From Intoshia linei (lineage: Eukaryota; Animalia; Orthonectida): a stretch of DNA of 60,475 nucleotides. The stretch is taken from contig LWCA01000072.1 of NCBI GenBank assembly GCA_001642005.1, positions 1-60,475 on the forward strand. The letters are read 5' to 3'. The notes under the pieces are model-generated. The model did not search any database. It saw nothing but the letters and a program-made list of their open reading frames with translations, and was not told where the DNA came from. Positions 14,501 through 24,948 of this stretch are shown here, piece after piece; the first letter of the stretch is position 1, and each line of letters opens with the position of its first letter. The position numbers and the translations under genes are program-made.

Positions 14501-17229
14501 ATCAGTGTCAATTGAGAAAATATTAAAGCTTGGATAAAAACTGTCAAGAATTGAAAAAAGCAAAACTTTCTCAAAGGAAATTAAAGAAAGATCACCTATA
14601 CAGGAGAATTGAAAAAAATGTCAAATACATAATAACTTAATAGTTTATGAAAATAAAGGACTAAAACGGACTTGAGGACTTAGTTCCAGAGTCTAAAATA
14701 AAAGATGTAATAAAATTCTTCTATGACTCAGACCTAACGGTGCATCCTGAGATAAATGGTACAATAAATAGTATATCACAATACCTGTATTGGCCTAACA
14801 TATACAAAGAGGTAAAACTTTATGTAACGCAATGTGATAAATGCAATGTATCAAAAACAGAGAGAATACATCACCAGAATGAGCTCAAACAAATTCAAAC
14901 AACAAAATTTAATGAATTGTGAGAATGTGATATATTAGGATCTCTACCAGCAACAAAAAACGGACATAAATATATATTGACAATGGTAGATCACTATTCG
15001 TCATGACCAGAAGCCATTCCAATTACGGATATAACTACAGAAACTATTTTAAAAGGTATAGTAAATAATATAATCTGTGTTCATGGAATACCTCAACAAA
15101 TCCATAGAGATAATGGTACACAATTCGAATCTAAATTAATTGAGGAAATTTGTAAGAAATGTCAAATTAAGAAAACTGCTTGTAAACCCTATAACCATCA
15201 AAGTATCGGGTTAGTAGAACGCCTCAATAGGACACTACGCGATAAATTGAGAGTTATAAATATAGACTATGAAGAGGAACCTTTAACCTTTAATATCTCT
15301 AATATATCATATATAATTTAGATTGTTAACTTAATAAATCTTCATCAACGTTACTGATTATTTACTCATTATGAATTCAACTGCCAACAGTCATTCTAAA
15401 ATCAACAATTACCAGATTCATTCAATGTAAAGTCAAAATATTCGTGCTTTCCCGAATTATAATCAATTTTGACTTTATAATATCCTTGTTGAGAGGTTTC
15501 AAAAGATTTTAATTTGATTTTTAAAAATTCTGGTGACTCGTCAACGTCGAAATATTGAGCAGCATCAAACCTATTTTTCGAAATTTTATATTGTTTAATT
15601 GGACCGCTTAATGGAAATTTAATCCATTTAGGCAATTCCGGGATAATCATTTTCTCATCTACAACATTAACAATTTTCTCGACTTTACCTAATAATATAA
15701 ATTAAAAATTCAAAAGTTTCGAATTTAATGTTACGTTCTAAATCAACAATGCATTTCGTTTGACAACCTTCTATTTTACAGCAATACACACCGGCGTCAT
15801 TAAGAGAAAAAAAGTTTACTTTTAATTTTTGCCAACCATTCTCCATCTTTTCGATGGTATATTTGGGGGATGATGAAATATTACAATTATCCTTGAACCA
15901 TGCAATATCCAAGTTGTTCACATGGCAGCTATCACTGCCATAGAACAATTTGGCTGTTAAACTGAGTACATTGCATTGGGTGTTTAAGGAATATTCCAGT
16001 TGCTTTATCCAGTACTTTTTAGCCTAATTCCATTTTATTATATTTAATTTTAAATTTCACATTTTCTTTTTCGATAGCGTGCAAAGCCGGCCAGTCTACT
16101 ATGTGATCAGATAGTACTGAATTTCGTTTTGACAAAATCTTTTCTAAATTCCAGTTTTTTGCATTTGGGGATATCTTTAATAGTACATTTCAGTCTCAAA
16201 GATATTACCATACTCTGTCTTCTTTGTTTCAGCTTATTATTAAGTTGCGATACAGGATCCAAATCTGATTCAGGGATGTTTAAACTACATATATTGTGGT
16301 TAAATGTACATTGATAATTTACTTGTATTTCATTTTGTTTTTATTGATACGTTCTAAATCATTAGATTAGAAAAATAATTATTTAAATTTATAATCAGTT
16401 CTACCTTCTATGAAACTTAAATTAGATTTTGTGATGGACTGATTCGATCCATCAGATGCGTTGATACTTTGTTTTCTATCCATTTTATCTAAAATTGGTA
16501 AATTCATCATATTCGCAGCATCTTGGGTTATTTTATTGGCCTTCTTTAATTTTACCGATGATAATACATTCGAAAGTTCTATTTTATAAATTAATCATTA
16601 TAATAATAGAACTCAAAAAACTGCATAGCTTTTGTATAAAATGTTTTATACTTTTTAAATTCGTACTCAAATACAATGGAAACAATATAAATATTAATGT
16701 AAGTTGTTACAATTGATATTTTTTGGCTGTTAAATATTTATTACATTGTCTATTTGTTAATTTACTTCCAATCATAACGCTGTGGTTAAAATTTATTGCA
16801 AATTTGAAACATTTATTTTTAGGCCCTATATGCAATTTCTTTTAAATTATTTTTATACGTTTATACATTGTTAAATCGATCGTTTATTATCTAAAAATGA
16901 AAATAACCCTTGGAAACCGCATTGGTCATCAAGAGAATGAAATGTTCCAACTCACCAATTCATAAATGAAAATAGTTGGACCCTCACGATTGTAGGCCGG
17001 TTCATGTGGTCCCTCTCCACAGCCCTACACCCTAGGCTTAATTTTTAAGAGGTTTATATATTTCATAAAAGCGATATCGAGGTTTCTAAAATTAATTACC
17101 TTCTTGTCTAGTTTCATTATACTCATCTGATTTTATTGGTTTCAAATTAAATTTCTCCTTTTGCTGTTGACTTGATGCCGGTACGTTTTTTACTTTTTTT
17201 AATTTGATATTTGAAAAATTCAGACTCAT
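2593..17229 (-). CDS. Miniature twitchin/projectin-like (titin-family) muscle protein: Ig and FnIII domains, degenerate MLCK-type kinase, two C-terminal Ig domains; multi-exon
   Basis: Start MSLNFSNIKLKKV at 17229. I-set Ig exons: 15730-16020 (IAWFKD...DAGVYCC), 6090-6400 (GIPNPSIEWFRN...DVGEYKVLASNRFG), 3545-3662 (APKFIEELKN), 3055-3258, and 2593-2977 (FGLRDRRIV...NGMYNC). FnIII-like exons near 11.0-11.3 kb and 5.7-6.05 kb. Kinase fold in ORF 4621-5838. Several junctions were checked for GT-AG phase. Confidence 0.8.
3880..4250 (-). mobile_element. Helitron family A internal fragment
   Basis: Shares blocks with other copies, e.g. TGTGTGTTAACAGGATACAACTGTA and ATATGAATACTAAAA. Confidence 0.7.
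4255..4607 (-). mobile_element. Helitron family B 5' portion
   Basis: Revcomp begins TCTTTACTTATATACAATTGAATGTCTGTGTGTTACCG; homologous to 55780-56155, 37300-37448, 31250-31470 and 42243-42430. Confidence 0.65.
7128..8475 (-). mobile_element. Non-autonomous Helitron family A, 3' end truncated
   Basis: Revcomp starts TCTTACTTATATAAT; colinear with 42472-43996. Confidence 0.8.
9581..10204. mobile_element. Non-autonomous hAT element (MITE)
   Basis: TIR CAGAGTCGT...ACGGCTCTG; perfect 8-bp TSD GCGTAACT at 9573-9580 and 10205-10212. Confidence 0.85.
11369..12160 (+). mobile_element. Non-autonomous Helitron family A with both termini
   Basis: A|TCCTAAC start and CTAG|T end, no TSD, subterminal hairpin CTGTTTGTAC-GTA-GTACATAACAG at 12128-12151: canonical Helitron hallmarks. 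Confidence 0.9.
13001..15365 (+). mobile_element. Internally deleted Ty3/gypsy retrotransposon in an intron of the twitchin-like gene
   Basis: Direct repeats of about 85 bp at 13001-13088 and 15285-15365. Gag-like start at 13138; RT C-terminus (IKFLGHII, IRRFLGLCGY); RNase H (VQTDTSD, YTDHKPL, NIIADILSR); integrase (HPEI...CDKC, HRDNGTQF, GLVERLNRTL). Several stops and frameshifts. Confidence 0.9.
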
Positions 17230-18419
17230 TTTATATAAGTATAACTAATATTTATTTTAAATTTTCTTTTTGATGGATTGAAATAGATATTCAATATCAA
17301 CAAACAAATGTTGCAAAATATTAAATTTCAATGTGCTAAAAATTTAAATTTTTTAATGGATGCATAACGTTCATTACTTATGATTATAGCCATTTTTAGC
17401 CTATAAAATTAAAAAGTGAACCAATAAATCTAAATTTTGTAACCCTATTAACGTAAATTAAAATGGCACTACTACCAAGAGTTTTTAAATTGACAAAATG
17501 TCCTTATAATTTTTGGTATCATACCTGATTCCAACATAATTAGTTTATTAGCAAATACCAAATCAGTTTTATAAAATCTTATGTTACAACAATTGTTTTT
17601 ATGTTTATTATAACTAATTATTCATCATGCCCATCGCATTACTAATGAGTGAATTTTTAATTTTGCTAAATGCAAAAAACATGGATTTTAGTGTCTCAGT
17701 GTTAAAGATTAAAATAAATTGTGAATCTTTTGTTTATGGCTGAATAAACACTTCCATTTGTCGGCCTGTGACTGAAGCTTTCGAAATAAAATAACAATTT
17801 TAATATCGAGTAAATAATTTTGGTGACAACCTTTAATCCACTGTTCTTTTTCTATAATTATAAATGGTACGTCAATGACATTCCAAACACTGTGTACACA
17901 AGTTTTATGAACGGCTCTGGTCATGCAGTCTCTGGATCTTATAAATTCTCGGAATTATAAAATATTTTAAAGAGAATTATAAAAAAAGAAAAGATTTATA
18001 TAAATTTATGAATTTCGAACTCCATGTGTTGTTACAGGAAGATTTTATAAAAAAGTCAAAAATATTAGAACTAAAGTATGTTCTATATTTATATAGACCA
18101 GTAGTTTCCCTCCCTGTGTAAATAATTAGATAAAGTAAGTAATAATTAACGGTCGTACAATTAAAAAAACATGATTATTCTGATACAGCTTATTCCAGTG
18201 AATATAAATACAAAATTTTAACCCCAGAAATTTACGCATTCCCCGTAAAAAATAATTTTTAATATATTATTAACCAATGTTTTTCAAATGTTGGATTAAC
18301 ATTAAAAAATCATCCTACAATTTAAAAAAAATATATTGAATACATATCCAATAAAAAAATATGGGTGTAAATCTATATAATTGATTCCTTCGAATTTTTT
18401 TTAAATTGAGTATTGAAAA

Positions 18420-18778
18420 AATACTTGAATATCCACTATCTTGTGTGTTAAATTTAAAATGTTAATTTAAGAGTCTTAGAGCGGTGTATAGGATTATATA
18501 ACATTATAATTTGTTTACAAAAATTTTTTAAGGGGGAATTTTTCATTTTAGGAGTGGGCACGAGGTTGTTAGGTTTGGGAACTACTATCGAACTAAGTTA
18601 AATCAGTAAATAGATTAAATTGAACGCACGTGATATTCATTTTGATAAAATAATGTTTACGTTCATTAATAATAAATGATCGATAATGAATAATATTCTA
18701 ATTTAATATTATTGTTAAAAAAAGGTTATCTTCATTTTATTTAAAATTTTTATTGTGGACCACTTTGGAAACGACTGG
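18420..18778 (-). mobile_element. Partial hAT MITE, same family as 47103-47839
   Basis: Ends GTGGACCACTTTGGAAACGACTG, the revcomp of the family's 5' end; internal homology (AAATTTAACACACAA, GTTCGAT.GTAGTTCCC). Confidence 0.7.
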
Positions 18779-18928
18779 GATACATTTAAAAGTGTACCAA
18801 TCATATTTTATAACATTTCTTCAAAATTATAATTATTTACAATTAAAATATTTTTTTTATTATATATCAAATGTAGAAATTATAAATTTTAATATTCTTT
18901 TTCCGTATTGTAATATAATTCATTTCTT

Positions 18929-19062
18929 TTGAAAAATTTTCCATTTTTTGAATTTGTCACTGACAACTTGTCAGTACTCCGAGGTAACAGATTCGAAGTT
19001 AATCTAACGAACCTTTTTGAGGTGCAATGGGCTTGACGCAATTTTTATGAACGGGAGCGTTG
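18929..19062 (+). ncRNA. Candidate Sm-class small RNA (U7-like and/or SL-RNA-like)
   Basis: AATTTGTC followed by hairpin ACTGACAA-C-TTGTCAGT; GAG|GTAA; further short stems; AATTTTTATG followed by a 3' stem and a T-run. Structural resemblance only. Confidence 0.25.
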
Positions 19063-20243
19063 TTTTTTTTCAAAATTTTAGTAACCAAGTGATTTTATTA
19101 ATTAAACATTTAATTGATAATAAATAAAAATAGAAACTTTTTCACAGCCAAACACTCAAATCTATATAGGTCATTCCGGTTCAACTGAAACATATTTTCT
19201 GGAATTATAAATGGTCATTGACGATAGGTCAAGGTACAATTCAAAAAACAAAATATTTAGATTGGCTTATCGTCAATTTCAAAACTGACTTTAAGTTTAA
19301 GTCACTCATTTTTTATAAGTAAATGTACATTGTAAATTTTTTTCACCCAATTGATAAAGATTTTAAAAAAAATTATTTTAGGGTTAAGTACATAGACACA
19401 AAGAGTTTCATTAACACTACAGATCAGATAATTGTAATTTTATTATTAGCTAATAAGAAAAAATTTTTCAGTTGTTTCCAAGTGCACTATAATGAACAAA
19501 AAGTTCAACAACTGATCTAAAACTATAAAATAATACCAATCATCAGAGTATGAAAACAAAAATATTTTAAAATATATAAAATAGTCCATAGTAATCTAAG
19601 GTTGAATATGCGTCTTTCCTGTTATTTAAAGTTAGCAATAATTTCTGAAACAAGATTTTCGACTTCAACCAATTCTTGTCTATCATAATTGTAATGCATT
19701 TAAATATTAATTTAAATTTTAAAATCATATTATAACATTTAGTGGTTATAATTTTGACCTAAACACATAAACTGCTCGAGATGTAAAAATCTTTTTTCAT
19801 ATATCTTTTCTTTTTCTCGTCCACATCAAATTTAACACCAATACCCTTCGCCAGTTTTAGTTGTCTGCTAGTTCCTACATTAATAAAAATAAAAATACCG
19901 AAAACAGAAAAATTTGACCATTTTGTAGACATTTCGCCCAATTACACATATTAACATGTCAATAAAATTTGTAAATACCTTTACTTCTACATCCTAAACC
20001 AAAATTGACATGTAACGAAGCTTCCACGAGTTTGAAATAAAACATCAAACAACTATGGAACCATCAATTGGTGCTTCAATTTTAACCAATCATAAAATTA
20101 TCAAGTAATTAGTATAATATAGTTAAAACCATTAAACATTGATACTGCATCTAGCAATATACAATAACGTACCGTTTGATTTTAGTCTTTTATCCAAATT
20201 TTAGTAAATCAATATTATTATAATAAAAAGTCCAAAATAATTA

Positions 20244-20581
20244 CAGTTTTCTCTCTAAAAGTCGCCACTTCTTTTCTCTTTACTATAGAAATTCTCCAAT
20301 TCCGTACCTTGCTAAACATTTTTTGATAACGTCATTTTATCATTTTAAAGGGACCAAAGTATAAAAATTTTTCTTATAAAAATCAATATTTTCTCTATTG
20401 ACAGAAATATGTCAACCTCAACATTGACAAACTAGACATCTGTCTACGCAACATTGTTACAAAATATAAAATAAGAAATTTTTTTAGTTCACTGTTTATT
20501 CCCAATTCTATGGTTCGATTTTTCTGTAACTCTCCATGTTCATCAAACTCGCAATAACGGCGAGTTGTAAAGAGATTACTG
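20244..20581. mobile_element. pogo/Tigger-type MITE
   Basis: TA|CAGTTTTCTCTCTAAAAGTCGCC...GGCGAGTTGTAAAGAGATTACTG|TA: imperfect 23-bp TIR with TA TSD. Confidence 0.7.
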
Positions 20582-20789
20582 TATTACATCAAATTGGATT
20601 CAAAAGCAATTGTATCTAAATCTCATTAATCTCTTCAAACGTTCTACAGCAAAAATTACAAAACTACTTGATATTGACTTTAAATTTCTAATCAAAAATA
20701 AAATACTAATTACCTTCAATTGATGAATTAAACATCAAAATTGATGGTTCCATAATTCAGAGTCTAATTTAGATAACTATGTATTTACA

Positions 20790-22283
20790 TTACAATTTAA
20801 ATATTTTAATGGAAATTTTACGGCCAAAGTAAAATTCGTCATAACTATCCAATACCTTATAGACAGCCTTATCAGTTGGAAGACACACTACTGCATTGCT
20901 ACTACCATTGTGCACAAAAAACCAAACATCTTTATTCTCAAGGCGGTACTCCTTCATAAAGTCTAAAATGTCCTTTCTGGATGTAGTTGCCCTTAAATTT
21001 CTAATAATAATTCGATTTTCATGAGTTTTAATGTATGGAGGCAAATACACTTTAACATAAAACTTCATATCATTGTAATTCCCAGAAATCCGCGACGTTT
21101 CGTTATCAGTGTTACATCTATTAAAATACTTGGCTTTGTGAGCATTAATCTGTTTCGTCATTTCATCTTTAGAAATTAAACTGTACTTTAAATAAGTAGC
21201 ATTCATAAATGGTTTTTTGAATAAATTGGAAATAATTATATCTGTATAATTTTTAATGTCTGGCGGTCTCACATATGCATCTCCTAAAGCTTCTCCTTTA
21301 TCATTGTACGCTATATATATCCAAGATTCATTAATTTGATAAGGTTTAGCTGCATTAATAAATTCTTGATGGTTGGTGTTAACTGGTAGTCCAGTAATAT
21401 GAATACGTTGAACGTTGGGAATAGCTACCGGTGTGATATTTGTAGGTTTAACCAATCGATTTTCAATTGATTCGTTCAACATCATATTGGAATCCCTGTG
21501 ACACATAAATACACTTGTTGGAATATATTTAATTCTAATATTAGTCCCACCTACAACCGCCATACCATTAAACCGCATTGCAATTTTAGCATTTTCAAAG
21601 TTTACAAATCGGAGATAACAATTGGAATACATGGCATTATTTGATTTAGAAAATTTAATGCCATCTTTCATAATTTCACACATTCCAAAAAAATTTTTAA
21701 TTGATTCATTGACGGCAGGTCTAGGAATATTTTCAACGAAAATACAGTCAGAAATACCAACCACATCTTGAATTAATTTTTTTTTTGATTTTTTAGTCGG
21801 TTTGTTAAACTTTGGGATTGGTTTCACTGGAATATCTCTTCTATCTCGCTTAGAAGGCTGCTGAGGTGTAGAAGGTTGACTAAATTGATTCTTTAATTTT
21901 TTAAATTTCACAAATTCCATAAACGACTCCATTTCTTCTATAAAACTTAAATTGTTTGTAATGCTTTTATCAATCGCATTCATTTCGTTATTATTTTCAT
22001 CAGGAGGCATTGAATTGTAAAAATCTTGATTATCATGATAATTATTGTCAATTACTTCCTTCTCACCATGAAATGTAAGTCTGACTCGTAAACCACAAAG
22101 ATATTGACCACTTAACCTTACTGCGTTTATTGCATCGTCATAACTGCTAAATTCTACTAGTGTAATTCCGTCTCTGCCAATATTGACTCCTCCATCTTTT
22201 ATTCTAAATTTTCTAAAAAAATTTCGCACATCTGCAGACCTTGCAGTACTAGATAAATTATCCAAACGCAAAATTGTATTCAT
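20790..22283 (-). CDS. RBM12-like multi-RRM RNA-binding protein, short paralog (497 aa, single coding exon)
   Basis: ILRLDNLSSTARSADVRNFFRKFRIKDGGVNIG matches RBM12 RRM1; colinear with the 798-aa neighbour (ENIPR, FFGM, ESWIYI, HK.KYF). Confidence 0.85.
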   Translation of the reverse strand: MNTILRLDNLSSTARSADVRNFFRKFRIKDGGVNIGRDGITLVEFSSYDDAINAVRLSGQYLCGLRVRLTFHGEKEVIDNNYHDNQDFYNSMPPDENNNEMNAIDKSITNNLSFIEEMESFMEFVKFKKLKNQFSQPSTPQQPSKRDRRDIPVKPIPKFNKPTKKSKKKLIQDVVGISDCIFVENIPRPAVNESIKNFFGMCEIMKDGIKFSKSNNAMYSNCYLRFVNFENAKIAMRFNGMAVVGGTNIRIKYIPTSVFMCHRDSNMMLNESIENRLVKPTNITPVAIPNVQRIHITGLPVNTNHQEFINAAKPYQINESWIYIAYNDKGEALGDAYVRPPDIKNYTDIIISNLFKKPFMNATYLKYSLISKDEMTKQINAHKAKYFNRCNTDNETSRISGNYNDMKFYVKVYLPPYIKTHENRIIIRNLRATTSRKDILDFMKEYRLENKDVWFFVHNGSSNAVVCLPTDKAVYKVLDSYDEFYFGRKISIKIFKL

Positions 22284-24948
22284 TTAGTTATATTCAAAAA
22301 TAAAAAAACTTTAATGTTAAATATTCAATATTTTGCTAAGCAAAATTTGCTAAATATAAATAAATTGTAGCCATTAGAGTTTTAGTGTCATGTAAATTTT
22401 AATTAAAATATTTAAGTAGTAAATTAAATTAATCTATTTTTTTTACATATTTTTGGCTGATTTTATTTCCGATCGTTTAAATGCAAGCCCTAATTTTTTC
22501 AATGATAGTAAACACCACAATTATTACGTTATCTAATATTAGATTGGTAGGAGTTGATTTTTGCAAGTAAAAGGCAAGTTGATATTTTGAGTACAGTTTT
22601 AGTTTATTTAGTTTAAGTTATTAGTTTAAAATATTTCGATTAACATTTTGTAAAATAAAAATATTGTTTCTACAATTTCAAAAAAAAATGTGCATTGAAC
22701 GTCTACACATTTTCCATAAAGAAATATGGGTGAAAATCTATATAATTTATATTTTTTTAATTAATAAATATTATATTTTATTTAAAAAATGAGTTTACTA
22801 AATATTAAATCAATAAATAGAATTGAATATAAAGACAATATTTTTATGGCAATGACGTCTAAATTAAATTAAACTGAAATCAAAATTTTAGTGTGAAAAA
22901 TAAAAAATAATGATTAAATTATAAGCCTATGCGCACACATGAGTCATGAGCTACAATTATTGATATTTTGGGCAGTGTAAGCAGTAAGGCGAGCCTCATA
23001 TTTATCTGTTTCTTGACTTTGTTATTAAATGAACAAGCGTAGAAAATCCTACTTCCCAGAGATAAGTTGATAAAAGGTGGTAGCAATCTCAAAGAAATCC
23101 TAAATACATTTAGATATAAATCAATCATATTACACCAAAAAGTACTTAGTGGTTTTTCATAGAAAATATTACGTGCGGCGGAATTATTTATTCAATCTAT
23201 TAATTCGTCCTGTATTTTATCGGGAATAGTTTCTATATTGAATGAAGAACAAAATTTTCAAATTCTTGCCACCCAGGTTGAAAACCACTTACTTATAAAT
23301 AAAAATATGTTTTTTTCTCTAAAAAACTTAAATGAAAATAAAAGACTTTTTTGTTGATTTCATATAAAGGTAGTTTCAAATTTGGATAAACGATATCAAG
23401 GTTATCTTACATTCATTATCCATTGTTTCTAAACATTTCAACCAATAGTTTAATATTAATGCAATGTTAAGCGTATAGTCACATTTGGAGAATATTATAA
23501 CATTTACGAAATATTTAAATCATTAATTTTGTCATAATTAAACCTAGTTTATATGTAAATTCGTACATATATTTTCATAATTTATTTGTTGTTCAATTTT
23601 TAAAATAGCTATTATTAACATTCAGATGTATATATTTATTATTTACAATCTCCAACAAAAAGATATATAAATACAAAATATCTACAGATATATTTAATAA
23701 TTTTAATTTTAAAAATAATTATTTTAAATTACTTTTCCATAGAAATAATCCTCTTTAGCGGAATTCCTATATTTTTAGTTCCAAAAATTCCATTAAATAG
23801 GACTTAAACTGTACTATAATAATTTAAATCACATGGTATTTAATTTAAACGAGTGATTATTATTTTTCTACTCTTATAAACACTAGGGTAATCCCATCGA
23901 AATCTTAAATCCTCTACTATATAACATTGCAATAAATGTTGATCGTAACATACTACCATTACTTGTTTGCCAATATTGGATTTGATAAATAATTGGTGTT
24001 ATTTTTACTAACATCTGTGATTTACCATTAGAGGTAGAAGTTATATCTACAATGTATATCTGAATTAAATTTACAATATTAATCAGTTAGAATTTGAAGT
24101 ATAAATTAAATATTTTTAGATTTTACGTTAGTTAATTTTCTTAATTTGAATATGTAAACAATTAAAGAAATGTTTAATAATAGTGATTTCCAAGATTAAT
24201 AGATGAAGACATTGGAAGCAATTTTAATCCATAACAAAATATATTCTTTCATCTTATTAGCCTAGATATCTTTTACAATAAACTGTATATTATACCGAAT
24301 TCGTAAAGTTCTATTATGACAATTATCTTTTGTAAAAAACATCAAATGTATTATTAGTTGATTGTAGCATATGAAAAAGGAATCTCTGAAGCTTATACTT
24401 TTTCAATAAATTAAACCATATAGAATTTATCACATTTTAATCTTTTTGTCCAGTATTAATACTAAAAAATCGGAAATATTCACGATCAATTAGAAAATCT
24501 CAAAATCGCGTAATTCGCTTATATTTTTTATGTGTTGAAAGCTGCTATAGAAAGTCATATCATTAATACTCTGCCGTAGTTTTGCGAATTTCTAAAACTA
24601 ACACGCAAGTATTCATCTTTAGAATTTAAAAGATTGATTATAAAATTTCTTCCAGGCCGATAAAAATAAACTGTTCACTAACTTGCCATACAATTAGGTT
24701 TCAAAAAGATCTTCCAATAGGTTAGATGTCAAGCATCATTATTTGATTTTGATATTTTAGAGAATCAAATCGTTTGAGTCACCACAGTATACGGTAAATT
24801 CAACAATAAAACAACTCCGTGATTTTAAATGTTGGATGCTTCTTCCAATTTATGTGAAATCTATATCTGTGAATTGATATGAAATTTATAAATTAAAAAA
24901 ATATATGTTATCGTCTAAAATCAAAATAATTTAATATATAAAAACAAC

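Noticed and set aside
13260-15000. In-frame stops as evidence of an alternative genetic code or readthrough
   Set aside because: They occur only in decayed TEs alongside frameshifts; host genes translate normally with the standard code.
17709-17924. 71-aa ORF as a separate gene or upstream exon
   Set aside because: No recognisable motif and no confident splice link.
19759-20045. Possible two-exon peptide of about 60 aa
   Set aside because: Can be spliced in frame but has no recognisable homology; insufficient support.
23390-24800. Possible LINE or transposase debris between the RBM12 paralogs
   Set aside because: Only weak, interrupted motif resemblance.
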